Shown piece by piece: positions 1 through 9,364 of a DNA stretch of 64,000 nt. The stretch's first letter is position 1. The number at the start of each line of letters is the position of its first letter. The stretch comes from an uncultured Clostridia bacterium (lineage in GTDB: Bacteria; Bacillota; Clostridia; TANB77; CAG-508). The stretch spans positions 42,303 to 106,302 of the forward strand of contig CALXLP010000001.1 in the NCBI GenBank assembly GCA_944389225.1, given 5' to 3'. The notes under the pieces are model-generated. The model had not been told where the DNA came from and ran no database searches. It was given only the letters and a program-made list of their open reading frames with translations. A program made the translations under genes and the position numbers.

Positions 1-530
1 ATAATATCTTCTCTACAAAATTCTTTTCCAAACTCTTTTTTTAGAGATGTTGCAATATTTTCTGTTTCATCTGAAAATACATCTTCATTAACATTAAATC
101 CAAAACTGATTAATAAGTAATTAATCTTTTCTGCTATCGTATTGATTTCTGTTAAAATTCCACATATCTTCTTACCATTTAGCATTAAATCATTTGATTT
201 TTTTATTTCTAAATCAATTTGATATAGCTCTTGTATAGCGTTTTTCATACATTCTGCTATTTTTACAGTTAAACCTTCTAATCTATTAATTTCACATTTT
301 GGTTTTAATATCATGGTCAAGGCTATATTTTTACTTTCTCCTGTATACCAAGCTCTTCCTTTGGTTCCAATTCCATTTGTTTGTGTTTCCGCTATTATGA
401 TTTTTCCATTATGTTTTTCTTGCATTGCAATTTCTTTTGCATATGTATGTGTAGAAGAGATTTCTTTAAAATATTCTATTTCTTTTCCTATATATTTTGT
501 ATTTGCATTTTTTATTTTTTCTAAGTCCAT
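1..530 (-). CDS. birA: biotin--protein ligase (BirA-like); 3' end runs off the window
   Basis: I translated the minus strand from the ATG at 530 (RBS AGGAG 5 nt upstream). It reads MDLEKIKNANTKYIGKEIEYFKEISSTHTYAKEIAMQEKHNGKIIIAETQTNGIGTKGRAWYTGESKNIALTMILKP. GIGTKGRAW matches the GRGRxGRxW biotin-ligase loop. It is missing from the ORF track because the ORF is open at the window edge. Confidence 0.7.
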   Translation of the reverse strand, partial: MDLEKIKNANTKYIGKEIEYFKEISSTHTYAKEIAMQEKHNGKIIIAETQTNGIGTKGRAWYTGESKNIALTMILKPKCEINRLEGLTVKIAECMKNAIQELYQIDLEIKKSNDLMLNGKKICGILTEINTIAEKINYLLISFGFNVNEDVFSDETENIATSLKKEFGKEFCREDI

Positions 531-538
531 TATTACTC

Positions 539-823
539 CTAAATTTCATAATCAATTGCTTGCCTATCTAATCTAATAGACTTGCATAAATTTGATACTT
601 TAATATGTTCTGGATGATTTTTGTATGTTTCTAAATCCTCCATCGTTTCAAACTCAGAAATCAAAATAGCATCATAATCATTCTTAGGATTTATATTAAT
701 ACCTGTTTCCATGTATTTAATTTCTGGGATAATATCTTTTAAACGATTTAATCCTTCTAAGAATTCTTTCATTTTCTCTTCTTGATTTTCTTTAAATTTC
801 CAAATAACAATATGTTTTATCAT
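539..823 (-). CDS. stress-responsive Dabb (alpha/beta barrel) domain protein
   Basis: 94-aa ORF. The MIKHIVIWKFKE start and overall pattern are typical of the Dabb family. It is tightly packed against birA. Confidence 0.6.
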   Translation of the reverse strand: MIKHIVIWKFKENQEEKMKEFLEGLNRLKDIIPEIKYMETGININPKNDYDAILISEFETMEDLETYKNHPEHIKVSNLCKSIRLDRQAIDYEI

Positions 824-846
824 GTTCTTTCCCTCCTTATTTTAAC

Positions 847-1293
847 TCATCCTTTTAGAATTTTCTTTATTCTATTTATTAATCTTTTAAAAACTGATTC
901 TTTAACTTCTGTTATTGGTAAATCCTCTATAGCTTTTTCATTTTTTGAATTTATTTTCTTCTTAAATATATCATCCGGATTATATTTTTGTCTTTTCCCT
1001 ATTTCTAAAACTTCTATTTCAGCCTTTTCTTTTTCTCTAATTTTCTTTTTTTCTTCAGTGGTAGCCCAATAATCTCTATAAAAAACAGATAATATTGCTT
1101 CTGTTTCTTTTAGCATAGGTTGTTCATTAAAATTCTCGAAATTGGTTACCATATATTGATATTGATTATCCTGCTTTTCTTCCATATTTTGTATTATATC
1201 TTTTGGTATTTTATTATATTCATCTACAGGAATATATTTTAATATTTCTAAAACTTCTTTATATGCTTTTGGAAAAAGTGCTTCATTTATCAC
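847..1293 (-). CDS. hypothetical protein (148 aa, K/E-rich C-terminal half)
   Basis: Clean ORF whose start overlaps the stop of the upstream 414-aa ORF by 4 nt, suggesting translational coupling. I recognise no motif. Confidence 0.5.
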   Translation of the reverse strand: MINEALFPKAYKEVLEILKYIPVDEYNKIPKDIIQNMEEKQDNQYQYMVTNFENFNEQPMLKETEAILSVFYRDYWATTEEKKKIREKEKAEIEVLEIGKRQKYNPDDIFKKKINSKNEKAIEDLPITEVKESVFKRLINRIKKILKG

Positions 1294-2534
1294 TTGTTTA
1301 CCTCCTGACTTTGACTTAATTCATTTAACTGTTTACTTGCAATTTCTTTGTCTTCTATTGGAACATTTTCAACTCTATCTCCAACTATTTCTATTGGTAA
1401 TTCTCTCTTATCATTCTTCCATTCTTTTCTAAATCTTAAGTTTCCATCAGTGTCTTCATAAATTAAAATAAATTTTCTTGTTTTTTCAAAATTATCTCCA
1501 TCAAAAATTTCCATATGTATTCTAGCGCCTTGATCATCACCAAATTTCTCACCTTTACTACCACTTCGATAATGATAAGGATCATCAGATAATGTTCCCA
1601 ATACTTTTATTCCACTTTCTTCAATTTTTTCTTTATATGTTTTTTTAATTGGTGCTATATCTACGAATAATAATTCATCGCTACTGTCGTATATCTCATC
1701 ATATACATCACATACTTTTTTACTAGCTTCATCTCTCTCTTCAATAACTCCAGCAACATAATATGGTGAATATGACAATGGAGGATATATATTCTTTTTA
1801 TTTTTATGGAGTGCATTTATAGTGCTATGTGCTATATATGCTCTTTCTTTTCTAACAATTTCTGGTAGATTTCTCATGAATGATATATAATCACTAAGGC
1901 CATATTTTGCAACAAGTACACACTCTACCATTTTGTCATGCAATTCTTTCGCTTTTTTTGCTTCTTCTTCACTCAAGTTAGCCATAATATTATCTAATTT
2001 TATTTCTGGTCTTATCTCTTCATATTTTTTTAGTTTTTCATCAAAAGATTTTTTTCGTGCATTCGTTAGTGTACTTTTCTTTATTTCATATAATCTGCCA
2101 ATTATCTTTTTGTCCATTTTTCTATATTCTTCTACATCATGTGGTATATCCATATTTATTGTTGATTTTCTCATATCTAATGTAAGTTCTTCTCCTGCTT
2201 TTCCAACTTCTGATTCTGTTTCAAGAGAACTTTTAAACTCTTCATACCATTCTTCATTTTCAGTAGGGTAAGTAAATGTGTATAAACCAATCATGGGATT
2301 CCTTTTTCCCCAATTTTGATCTATTTTTACTGATATTTCTTCATTTACTATCAATACAGCTGTAACTTCTTTTCCGTCTATATTCAAGTCCATTTCATAA
2401 AGATCTCCTGGTCCTATTGCTGTTCTATGATAGTCATCTCTATTCTTTTGCATTGGTCCATATCCTTCTTTTATAGGTTTTCTTCCTATATATCTTACTG
2501 GAACAACATCCTCTTCCATATAATCTCCTTTCAT
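1290..2534 (-). CDS. hypothetical protein (414 aa, soluble, no recognisable motif)
   Basis: Long uninterrupted ORF with host-like codon usage. It is the first gene downstream of the tRNA pair. Confidence 0.55.
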   Translation of the reverse strand: MKGDYMEEDVVPVRYIGRKPIKEGYGPMQKNRDDYHRTAIGPGDLYEMDLNIDGKEVTAVLIVNEEISVKIDQNWGKRNPMIGLYTFTYPTENEEWYEEFKSSLETESEVGKAGEELTLDMRKSTINMDIPHDVEEYRKMDKKIIGRLYEIKKSTLTNARKKSFDEKLKKYEEIRPEIKLDNIMANLSEEEAKKAKELHDKMVECVLVAKYGLSDYISFMRNLPEIVRKERAYIAHSTINALHKNKKNIYPPLSYSPYYVAGVIEERDEASKKVCDVYDEIYDSSDELLFVDIAPIKKTYKEKIEESGIKVLGTLSDDPYHYRSGSKGEKFGDDQGARIHMEIFDGDNFEKTRKFILIYEDTDGNLRFRKEWKNDKRELPIEIVGDRVENVPIEDKEIASKQLNELSQSQEVNK

Positions 2535-2666
2535 TTTTTGGTTTATTTTCTACTTGATACATTAATATTATAACATTATTAATAAAATTTTACTACTATT
2601 TTAGATAAAATACATATTTTTAATCAAGTTTACCTAGATTAGAAAATTCAGAAGAATAATTTAACT

Positions 2667-2705
2667 AAAAAAAGAATACCAACTACTATAATCGTTGATA
2701 TTCTT
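2667..2705 (-). terminator. rho-independent terminator after tRNA-Gln
   Basis: Minus strand reads AAGAATAtCAAC-loop-GTTGgTATTCTT followed by TTTTT. Confidence 0.6.
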
Positions 2706-2710
2706 AGAAT

Positions 2711-2785
2711 TGGCTGGGCTGGCTAGATTCGAACTAGCGCATGCCAGAGTCAAAGTCTGGTGCCTTACCGCTTGGCTACAGCCCA
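2711..2785 (-). tRNA. tRNA-Gln (anticodon UUG), CCA encoded
   Basis: Hand-folded cloverleaf: acceptor TGGGCTG/CAGCCCA, D arm GCC..GGC, anticodon stem CCAGA/TCTGG with loop CTTTGAC, T arm GCTAG-TTCGAAT-CTAGC, discriminator G, then CCA. Confidence 0.9.
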
Positions 2786-2792
2786 ATATATA

Positions 2793-2870
2793 TGGGGTGG
2801 AAGATGGGACTCGAACCCACGGTCTCCAGTGCCACAAACTGGCGCGTTAACCAACTACGCTACATCCACC
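2793..2870 (-). tRNA. tRNA-His (anticodon GUG) with encoded G-1 and CCA
   Basis: Hand fold: an extra 5' G pairs with discriminator C. Anticodon stem CCAGT/ACTGG with loop TTGTGGC, T loop TTCGAGT, 3' CCA. Confidence 0.88.
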
Positions 2871-3039
2871 ATAGTTTACGTGCACCTTTTGATTAGCACA
2901 TTTCTTATTTTAACCTATTTCACCCCATCTTGTCAACCATTTTGTAAATTTTATTTTATTTTTTCCAAATTTTTTATTACTATTCATTCAAAATTCATAT
3001 TAAATACATAACTTTCGACCAACATAATATATCTTTTTG

Positions 3040-3837
3040 TTATTGTTGAACTGTACTCATACTACTTGGATCTATTCCATATTGTTGATATAACCATGAC
3101 ATATAATCAAATGGTGTTAATGTTTCAGGTAATCCATAATCAATTCCATTTGTTTCTACTCTAATAGATGTAATAACTGGTGGATTTACAGGTGTGCTTA
3201 CTTCTGTGTTTCCTGTTGTTTCTGCATCATCTGCTGCTTTTACTTCAACACCTTCTATTTGATGTACAATATCCATACCTTCTATTACTTTACCAAAAGA
3301 AGTATATTGTCCATTTAATCCTGTATTTTCTGCTGTCATAATAAAGAATTGTGAACTTCCAGAGTTATATGATTCTTCTGTTAATGATGAAGAATAACTG
3401 GTGTAATCAGATCTTGCCATTGCAACAACACCTTCTTCAAATTGTAATTTATTATCTACACCATTTGCTATAAATTCACCTTTTATTGTATATTCTGTAT
3501 CATCACCATCATCTCTTAAATCACTTGTGGTTGCTAATCCTGTTCCATCTCCATTTTTGTCTCCACCTTGAATCATAAAGTCTTTTACAATTCTGTGAAA
3601 TGTTAATCCATCATAAAATCCTCTATTGGCTAATGCTATGAAGTTTGCTACTGTTTCTGGAGCATATTCTGGATATAATTCAAATTTAATCGTTCCAAAA
3701 TTTTCAACTTCCATTGTTGCAACAGGTCTTGTAACCTCCATTGTTGCATTTCTATAATATCCATAACTGATAATTCCTATTAAAACAATTAAAATAATTA
3801 GAGCAACTATCCATATAATATTTTTAAATTTTCCCAT
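3040..3837 (-). CDS. membrane-anchored cyclophilin-type peptidyl-prolyl cis-trans isomerase
   Basis: N-terminal TM helix. Cyclophilin motifs FHRIVKDFMIQGGD and SQFFI. Confidence 0.85.
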   Translation of the reverse strand: MGKFKNIIWIVALIILIVLIGIISYGYYRNATMEVTRPVATMEVENFGTIKFELYPEYAPETVANFIALANRGFYDGLTFHRIVKDFMIQGGDKNGDGTGLATTSDLRDDGDDTEYTIKGEFIANGVDNKLQFEEGVVAMARSDYTSYSSSLTEESYNSGSSQFFIMTAENTGLNGQYTSFGKVIEGMDIVHQIEGVEVKAADDAETTGNTEVSTPVNPPVITSIRVETNGIDYGLPETLTPFDYMSWLYQQYGIDPSSMSTVQQ

Positions 3838-3871
3838 TTACTTCACATTTCCTTTCTTTTTTTATTTGCTT

Positions 3872-3902
3872 GGGACAATTTGGACCAGGTCCCAATTGTC
3901 CC
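3872..3902. repeat. palindromic derivative of the GGAC-rich REP-like repeat
   Basis: GGGACAATTTGGACC-A-GGTCCCAATTGTCCC, a 15-nt arm inverted with 1 mismatch. It lies between the disA stop and the PPIase start. The arm equals the first module of the 34-nt repeat. Confidence 0.85.
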
Positions 3903-3912
3903 AAATTTCCTC

Positions 3913-4986
3913 TTAAATCATATTGTCAAAAACAAATTGTTCTTGCATTCTTTTTAATGATTGTTTAATTGTTCTTGCTCTTACTTCTCCAATACCATCT
4001 ACTTCATCTAAGCTTTCAATATCTGCTGCTAATATATGTTGAAAAGATTTGAAAGAATCTACTAAGTTTTCAACAATATTGTTTGGCATTCTTGGCACTT
4101 TACTCAAAATTCGATATCCTTTTGGATAAACTGCAACTTCATCATAATTATCAAAATATTCATATCCTAATAATTTTGCAATAGAAGACTCTTTTAACAA
4201 TTCTTCATATTCTAAATCTTTTAACTCTTCTAATATTTTATCAGAAGATTTTTTCTTTTTAACCACATAATCTTTTATAATCAAACTTTCTTCTTTTTCA
4301 AGTCCCCCAATTAATTCATCTAGTTGCATTTTTACTAGTCTTCCGTCATCTCCAAGCTCATAAATCTGTCTTTGTATCTCTTCTACAATTCGCATAACCA
4401 TTTCTGCTCTTTGAATGGCAAGTACAACATTTTGTAATGTTACTATATCATTAAATTCATATTCATTCAATATATTTAATTTATTATCAAATACTTTTTT
4501 ATATTTTTCCAAAGTTTGTATTGCTTGATTTGCTTTATTTAATACAACATCTGTATCTTCCAAAACATATCGATCATTTCCTTTAAAAACTGTAATGATA
4601 TTTCTTCTTTGCGAGATACTAATGACTAATTCTCCTGTTTGTTTTGCTGTTCTTTCTGCTGTTCTATGTCTTGTTCCTGTTTCTGTTGTTTGGATTTCAT
4701 GTTCTGGAATTAATTGGGCATTGGCATATAAGATTTTTTTCATGTCACCACTTAATACAATGGCACCATCCATTTTGGCCAATTCATATAATTTTGATGA
4801 TGTATAGTCCTCATTAATAACAAAACCACCATCAACAATTTCTTTTATCACTTCATTATTGTCTGTAATTAATAATAATGCTCCTGTCTTTGCTCTTAAT
4901 ATATTTTCCAGACCATCTCTTATCGGTGTTCCTGGAGCTATTAATTTTAAAACAGATGTAATATTATCTTCTTTTACCTTTTTCAA
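3913..4986 (-). CDS. disA: DNA integrity scanning protein DisA (diadenylate cyclase)
   Basis: 357 aa. N-terminal DAC domain pattern (LIAPGTPIRDGLENILRAKTGALLLI, DGAIVL) and a C-terminal HhH. The conserved radA-disA pairing is present. Confidence 0.88.
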   Translation of the reverse strand: MKKVKEDNITSVLKLIAPGTPIRDGLENILRAKTGALLLITDNNEVIKEIVDGGFVINEDYTSSKLYELAKMDGAIVLSGDMKKILYANAQLIPEHEIQTTETGTRHRTAERTAKQTGELVISISQRRNIITVFKGNDRYVLEDTDVVLNKANQAIQTLEKYKKVFDNKLNILNEYEFNDIVTLQNVVLAIQRAEMVMRIVEEIQRQIYELGDDGRLVKMQLDELIGGLEKEESLIIKDYVVKKKKSSDKILEELKDLEYEELLKESSIAKLLGYEYFDNYDEVAVYPKGYRILSKVPRMPNNIVENLVDSFKSFQHILAADIESLDEVDGIGEVRARTIKQSLKRMQEQFVFDNMI

Positions 4987-5023
4987 AATTAATCTCCCTT
5001 CTCCCCTTAATTATGCAATCAAA

Positions 5024-6388
5024 CTATTTTAATCCAATCTTTTTCATTGCTTCATTAATATTGCTGACACCTATTATATCTAATTTATACTTTTCTTTCA
5101 AGTCTTTTTTGTTAGATTCCGGAATAATACAACTCTTAAATCCCAATTTTTCTGCTTCTTTCAACCTTTTGTCAATCAAATTAATTCTTCTTACTTCTCC
5201 GGTCAAACCAACTTCTCCAATAATCACCATATCTTTTGGAATTGGTACATTTTTGAAGCTTGAAACTACTGCCATCATCATTCCTAAATCAATAGATGGT
5301 TCATTGACTCTAATACCACCTACTAAATTTAAATAGATATCTTGACTTCCTAACATAATCCCTGCTCTTTTTTCTAGAACTGCAATTAATAAGGCAAGTC
5401 TATTATAATCTGTTCCATTTGCTGTTCTTTTGGGAAATCCAAAAATACTTTGTGTTGTTAAGGCTTGTAACTCAATTAAAATTGCTCTTGTTCCCTCTAT
5501 GCTAGACACAATACAAGAACCAGCTGGATTATCTTCTCTTTCTGAAATTAAAATATCTGATGGATTAGTGATTTCACACATTCCTTCTTCATTCATTTCA
5601 AACATACCAATTTCATTGGTTGAGCCAAATCTATTTTTTACACCTCTAAGGACTCTATATGAGAAATACCTTTCTCCTTCTAGATATAATACTGTATCTA
5701 CCATATGTTCTAAAACTCTTGGACCTGCTATATTTCCTTCTTTGGTTACATGTCCTATAATAATTGTTGTAATTGCTCTAGATTTACAAACTCTCATAAC
5801 TTGTGAAGTAATTTCTCTTACTTGGCTGACACTTCCAGCAGCTGCTGAAATTTCTTCTGAATACATGGTTTGAATAGAATCAATAATAACAAGTTTGGGA
5901 TTAATTTCTATAATTGCTTGATTGACAACATCAATATCTGTTTCTCCTAAAAATAGAATATCATCATTGTTTATCCCTAATCTATCAGCTCTCATTTTAA
6001 TTTGTTCTGCTGATTCTTCTCCAGAAACATATAAAACCTTTCCTTCACCTTTTACCTTATCACATATTTGTAAAATTAAAGTAGATTTTCCAATTCCAGG
6101 CTCTCCACCAAGTAACACAAGAGATCCTTTTACAAGACCTCCACCTAATACTCTATCTAATTCTCCAAAACCTGTTGAAGTTCTTAATGTTTCTTTTGCT
6201 TCATAAGAATTTAATTTTTGTGGCTTATTTTCACTTTTCGCTAAATCCTTGTGACTTCCCGCTTTTGTTTCCACTACTTTTTGTTCATAAAATGTATTCC
6301 AACTATTGCACGCTGGACATTTTCCAAGCCATTTACTAGATTCATTTCCACATTCACTACATACAAAAATCGTTTTACTTTTAGCCAT
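5024..6388 (-). CDS. radA: DNA repair protein RadA/Sms
   Basis: N-terminal zinc finger CSECG..CPAC, Walker A GGEPGIGKST, KNRFG motif and a Lon-like C-terminus. Confidence 0.95.
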   Translation of the reverse strand: MAKSKTIFVCSECGNESSKWLGKCPACNSWNTFYEQKVVETKAGSHKDLAKSENKPQKLNSYEAKETLRTSTGFGELDRVLGGGLVKGSLVLLGGEPGIGKSTLILQICDKVKGEGKVLYVSGEESAEQIKMRADRLGINNDDILFLGETDIDVVNQAIIEINPKLVIIDSIQTMYSEEISAAAGSVSQVREITSQVMRVCKSRAITTIIIGHVTKEGNIAGPRVLEHMVDTVLYLEGERYFSYRVLRGVKNRFGSTNEIGMFEMNEEGMCEITNPSDILISEREDNPAGSCIVSSIEGTRAILIELQALTTQSIFGFPKRTANGTDYNRLALLIAVLEKRAGIMLGSQDIYLNLVGGIRVNEPSIDLGMMMAVVSSFKNVPIPKDMVIIGEVGLTGEVRRINLIDKRLKEAEKLGFKSCIIPESNKKDLKEKYKLDIIGVSNINEAMKKIGLK

Positions 6389-6401
6389 TTTTCTCTCCTT
6401 T

Positions 6402-6445
6402 TGTCCATTTGGGTCTATTGGGGACGTTTCTTTTTGGACATTTTT
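6402..6445 (+). repeat. REP-like repeat copy (left flank of the RAYT gene)
   Basis: TGTCCATTTGGGTCTATTGGGGACGTTTCTTTTTGGACATTTT. It lies between the RAYT stop and the radA RBS and is inverted relative to the copy at 7387-7420. Confidence 0.85.
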
Positions 6446-6472
6446 ATTAATCTTTTTTTCAATCTCTCATTT

Positions 6473-7267
6473 CTATTTTTTAGAATTTTTAGTTTTCATA
6501 ACTCTTTCAATTACTTTTCTATTAACTCCTAATATTCTTGAAAGTTGTGCTTTTGATGTTCCTTTTATATTTTTTAATTGATATATTTTTTCATCTCTTA
6601 CTTTTTTATTATATGTACGAATTTCCCTTACATCTTTAATGTTTAGTACTTCCTGTATTTTTTTCTTTGTTTGTTCATCTGTTAATTTATCAATAATTTC
6701 ATATTCTACTTCTTCATTTATTGTTTTTTTCTCATAACTGTGAAAAATAATAAAATTTTCTATTGCTTCTTTTTGTGTTTGACCAAACATTGGTAAAATC
6801 CATTCTCTATTTATAATTTTTTCACCATAAATAAATTCAAGATAACTACTCCATTTATATTGTTCTATAGTTGAAATCCCAGATTTTACTGGATTTTGAT
6901 GGATATATCTACATAAACGGCACATATATTCTTTGGTTTCAACATTTTTACTTAAAAATCTATTTTGAAATAAATGACCTTCTTTATCATACTTTTTTGA
7001 AAAATAACTTGAATATGATATTGCTATACTTTGCATTATTTTAGAAATTTGGTTATTTTTATCATAAATAACTAAATGTACATGATTGGTCATTAAACAA
7101 TATGCATATATTTTATATTGATATTTTTCCTTTGTCATTTTCATTGTTTTTAGAAATTTTTTATAATCTTGTTCATCATAAAATATATCTTGCCTATCAT
7201 TTCCTCTTAAAATAATATGATATACTTTTGTATTACTAATTTTTCTTGCTACACGGGGCATATTCAT
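6473..7267 (-). CDS. REP-associated tyrosine transposase (RAYT) / IS200-like Y1 HUH transposase with C-terminal HTH
   Basis: HUH motif in LMTNHVHLVI and a catalytic Tyr motif in CRYIHQNPVK. The spacing and N-terminal YHIILRGN block are typical of PF01797-type proteins. The C-terminal AQLSRILGVNRKVIERV looks like an HTH. The gene is flanked by inverted repeat copies. Confidence 0.8.
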   Translation of the reverse strand: MNMPRVARKISNTKVYHIILRGNDRQDIFYDEQDYKKFLKTMKMTKEKYQYKIYAYCLMTNHVHLVIYDKNNQISKIMQSIAISYSSYFSKKYDKEGHLFQNRFLSKNVETKEYMCRLCRYIHQNPVKSGISTIEQYKWSSYLEFIYGEKIINREWILPMFGQTQKEAIENFIIFHSYEKKTINEEVEYEIIDKLTDEQTKKKIQEVLNIKDVREIRTYNKKVRDEKIYQLKNIKGTSKAQLSRILGVNRKVIERVMKTKNSKK

Positions 7268-7386
7268 CTCTCCTTACATTATTTTTATGCCCCTAAAACA
7301 AAAAAAGTATAGCATATTTCTATATTTTTTGCCATACTTTTCTTCTAATTTTTAAATAGCTATTCTAAAAACATTTCAATTTAAAC

Positions 7387-7420
7387 AAAATGTCCAAAAA
7401 GAAACGTCCCCAATTGTCCC
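7387..7420 (-). repeat. REP-like repeat copy (right flank of the RAYT gene)
   Basis: AAAATGTCCAAAAAGAAACGTCCCCAATTGTCCC, about 120 nt upstream of the RAYT start. Confidence 0.9.
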
Positions 7421-7424
7421 TTTT

Positions 7425-7739
7425 TTATACTTCTGTTTTCTTTTTTCCAAATGTAATTTCTTGGAATAAGAAATCATGTACTTTCTCCCATGTAACTTCT
7501 TGATGTAAAAATTCATTTATTTCATTTTCTACTTTTTGTTGATATGGAGTTAATTCTACTTTTATTTCTTTGTTCCAATCAATTTCTTGGAACCAGAAGT
7601 TTTTAAATTTTGACCAGAATCCTTGTTTTACTGGTAAATTTTTTCCTTTAGAAGCTTGTGCTTGTCCATTATTATTACCATTTTCATTATTAAATTCTAC
7701 TCCACCAAATACATTATTTTCTTCTCTTATATCTGCCAT
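7425..7739 (-). CDS. hypothetical protein (104 aa, N/G/Q-rich N-terminus, W/F-rich C-terminus)
   Basis: ORF with RBS AGGAGG upstream. No motif recognised. Confidence 0.45.
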   Translation of the reverse strand: MADIREENNVFGGVEFNNENGNNNGQAQASKGKNLPVKQGFWSKFKNFWFQEIDWNKEIKVELTPYQQKVENEINEFLHQEVTWEKVHDFLFQEITFGKKKTEV

Positions 7740-7923
7740 TTAATTTCCTCCTTTGTAGCTTATTATACCTTACTATATTATTTATACTATATCTTTTGTC
7801 ATTTATCAATACCTTTTCACTTCTTTTTTTATTAAATATTAATGACAAAATGATTACATTTTTGTTACATCTTTCCATTTCTAGAATTTTAAGGAATTTT
7901 TCAAAATCATCCTATTTATAAAT

Positions 7924-9213
7924 TTAGTTTACAACAATATACTCCTCTTCTGCATTTACACATTTTAATGTTACCATTTTATTTTCCATATTTTCCTCTG
8001 TTTCATAATGTGCTAATATGTAATTTTTGGTATGTCCTTGCCATACACCATGTTTTTCCTCTTCAAATAGAACTTCTACTTCTTTTCCTATATATTGTTC
8101 ATTATATGCCTTTTCATTTTTATTTGATAATTCGATTAATCTTCTACTTCTTTCTTCTTTTTTGTTTCCATCTATTTGATTTGGCATTACTGCTGCTTTG
8201 GTTCCTTTTCTTTGAGAATATTTAAATACATGCATTTTATAAAATTTGATTTCTTCTAAAAAAGCATATGTTTTTTCAAATTCTTCTTCACTTTCTCCTG
8301 GGAATCCTACAATGATATCTGTTGTCAATATTGCATCTTCAAACGCGTTTCTTAATAACGTTGTTATCTCTTTAAATTGTTCTGTGGTATACCTTCTATT
8401 CATTCTTTTTAATGTTTCATCACAACCACTTTGCAATGATAAATGAAATTGATGACATACTTTAGACAATCTTTCTAATCTACTCACAAACTCTTCAGTT
8501 ATTAATAGAGGTTCTATAGAACCTAATCGAATTCTTTCAATCCCCTCTATTTCATTCATTTCCTCTAATAAATCAATTAATCGATATTCTTTCTTAAAAT
8601 CTTTCCCATATGAGGCAATATGAATTCCAGTGATTACAACTTCCTTTATCCCCTCTTTTGCTATTTTACGAATTTCAGATATGATATGTTCTGGCTTTCT
8701 ACTTCTTACCCTTCCTCGTGCATAAGGAATAATGCAATAAGAACAAAAACGATCACAACCATCTTGAATTTTGATAACCGCTCTTGTTTTTTCTGTAAAA
8801 GTAATATCTCCAAATTCCACAAATTCTGTTTGATGCATAACATCTTCTGTTTGTATTTCTGGAATTTTACTTTTCATATATTTTTCAACATGTTCTACAA
8901 TATCTTTTTTCTCATTATTTCCTAATACTAAGTTAATTTCTTCTATCTTTTCTAATTCTTCTTTTGCTACTTGTGCATAACAACCACAAGCAACAACAAT
9001 GGCTTCTTTATTTAATTCCTTTACTCTTCTTAACATTTGTCTAGATTTTCTATCAGACATATTGGTTACTGTGCAAGTATTAACAATATAAATATCTGCT
9101 TTTTCAGTATGGTCTATAACTTTATATCCTTTTTCTATAAATTGTTGTGTCATGGCATTTGTTTCATATTGATTTACTTTACAGCCCAATGTAATAAATG
9201 CTACTGTTCTCAT
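7924..9213 (-). CDS. mtaB: tRNA (t6A37) methylthiotransferase MtaB (radical SAM)
   Basis: N-terminal VAFITLGCKVNQYE, radical SAM CxxxCxxC (CDRFCSYC) and a TRAM-like C-terminus. Confidence 0.75.
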   Translation of the reverse strand: MRTVAFITLGCKVNQYETNAMTQQFIEKGYKVIDHTEKADIYIVNTCTVTNMSDRKSRQMLRRVKELNKEAIVVACGCYAQVAKEELEKIEEINLVLGNNEKKDIVEHVEKYMKSKIPEIQTEDVMHQTEFVEFGDITFTEKTRAVIKIQDGCDRFCSYCIIPYARGRVRSRKPEHIISEIRKIAKEGIKEVVITGIHIASYGKDFKKEYRLIDLLEEMNEIEGIERIRLGSIEPLLITEEFVSRLERLSKVCHQFHLSLQSGCDETLKRMNRRYTTEQFKEITTLLRNAFEDAILTTDIIVGFPGESEEEFEKTYAFLEEIKFYKMHVFKYSQRKGTKAAVMPNQIDGNKKEERSRRLIELSNKNEKAYNEQYIGKEVEVLFEEEKHGVWQGHTKNYILAHYETEENMENKMVTLKCVNAEEEYIVVN

Positions 9214-9364
9214 TTTTTTCTCCTTTTTACAATGCTTTCTATATTATGACATATTTTTTCAATATTTTCAAGCCAATACTCTGTTAGATAACTCTTATAA
9301 AATCTTTGCTTTTGTAATATTTTAAACATGGAAATAGGGCAGACATCGTCCGCCCCTTCCCTCA

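Noticed and set aside
2760-3011. 83-aa plus-strand ORF
   Set aside because: It overlaps both tRNA genes on the opposite strand, so it is an antisense artefact.
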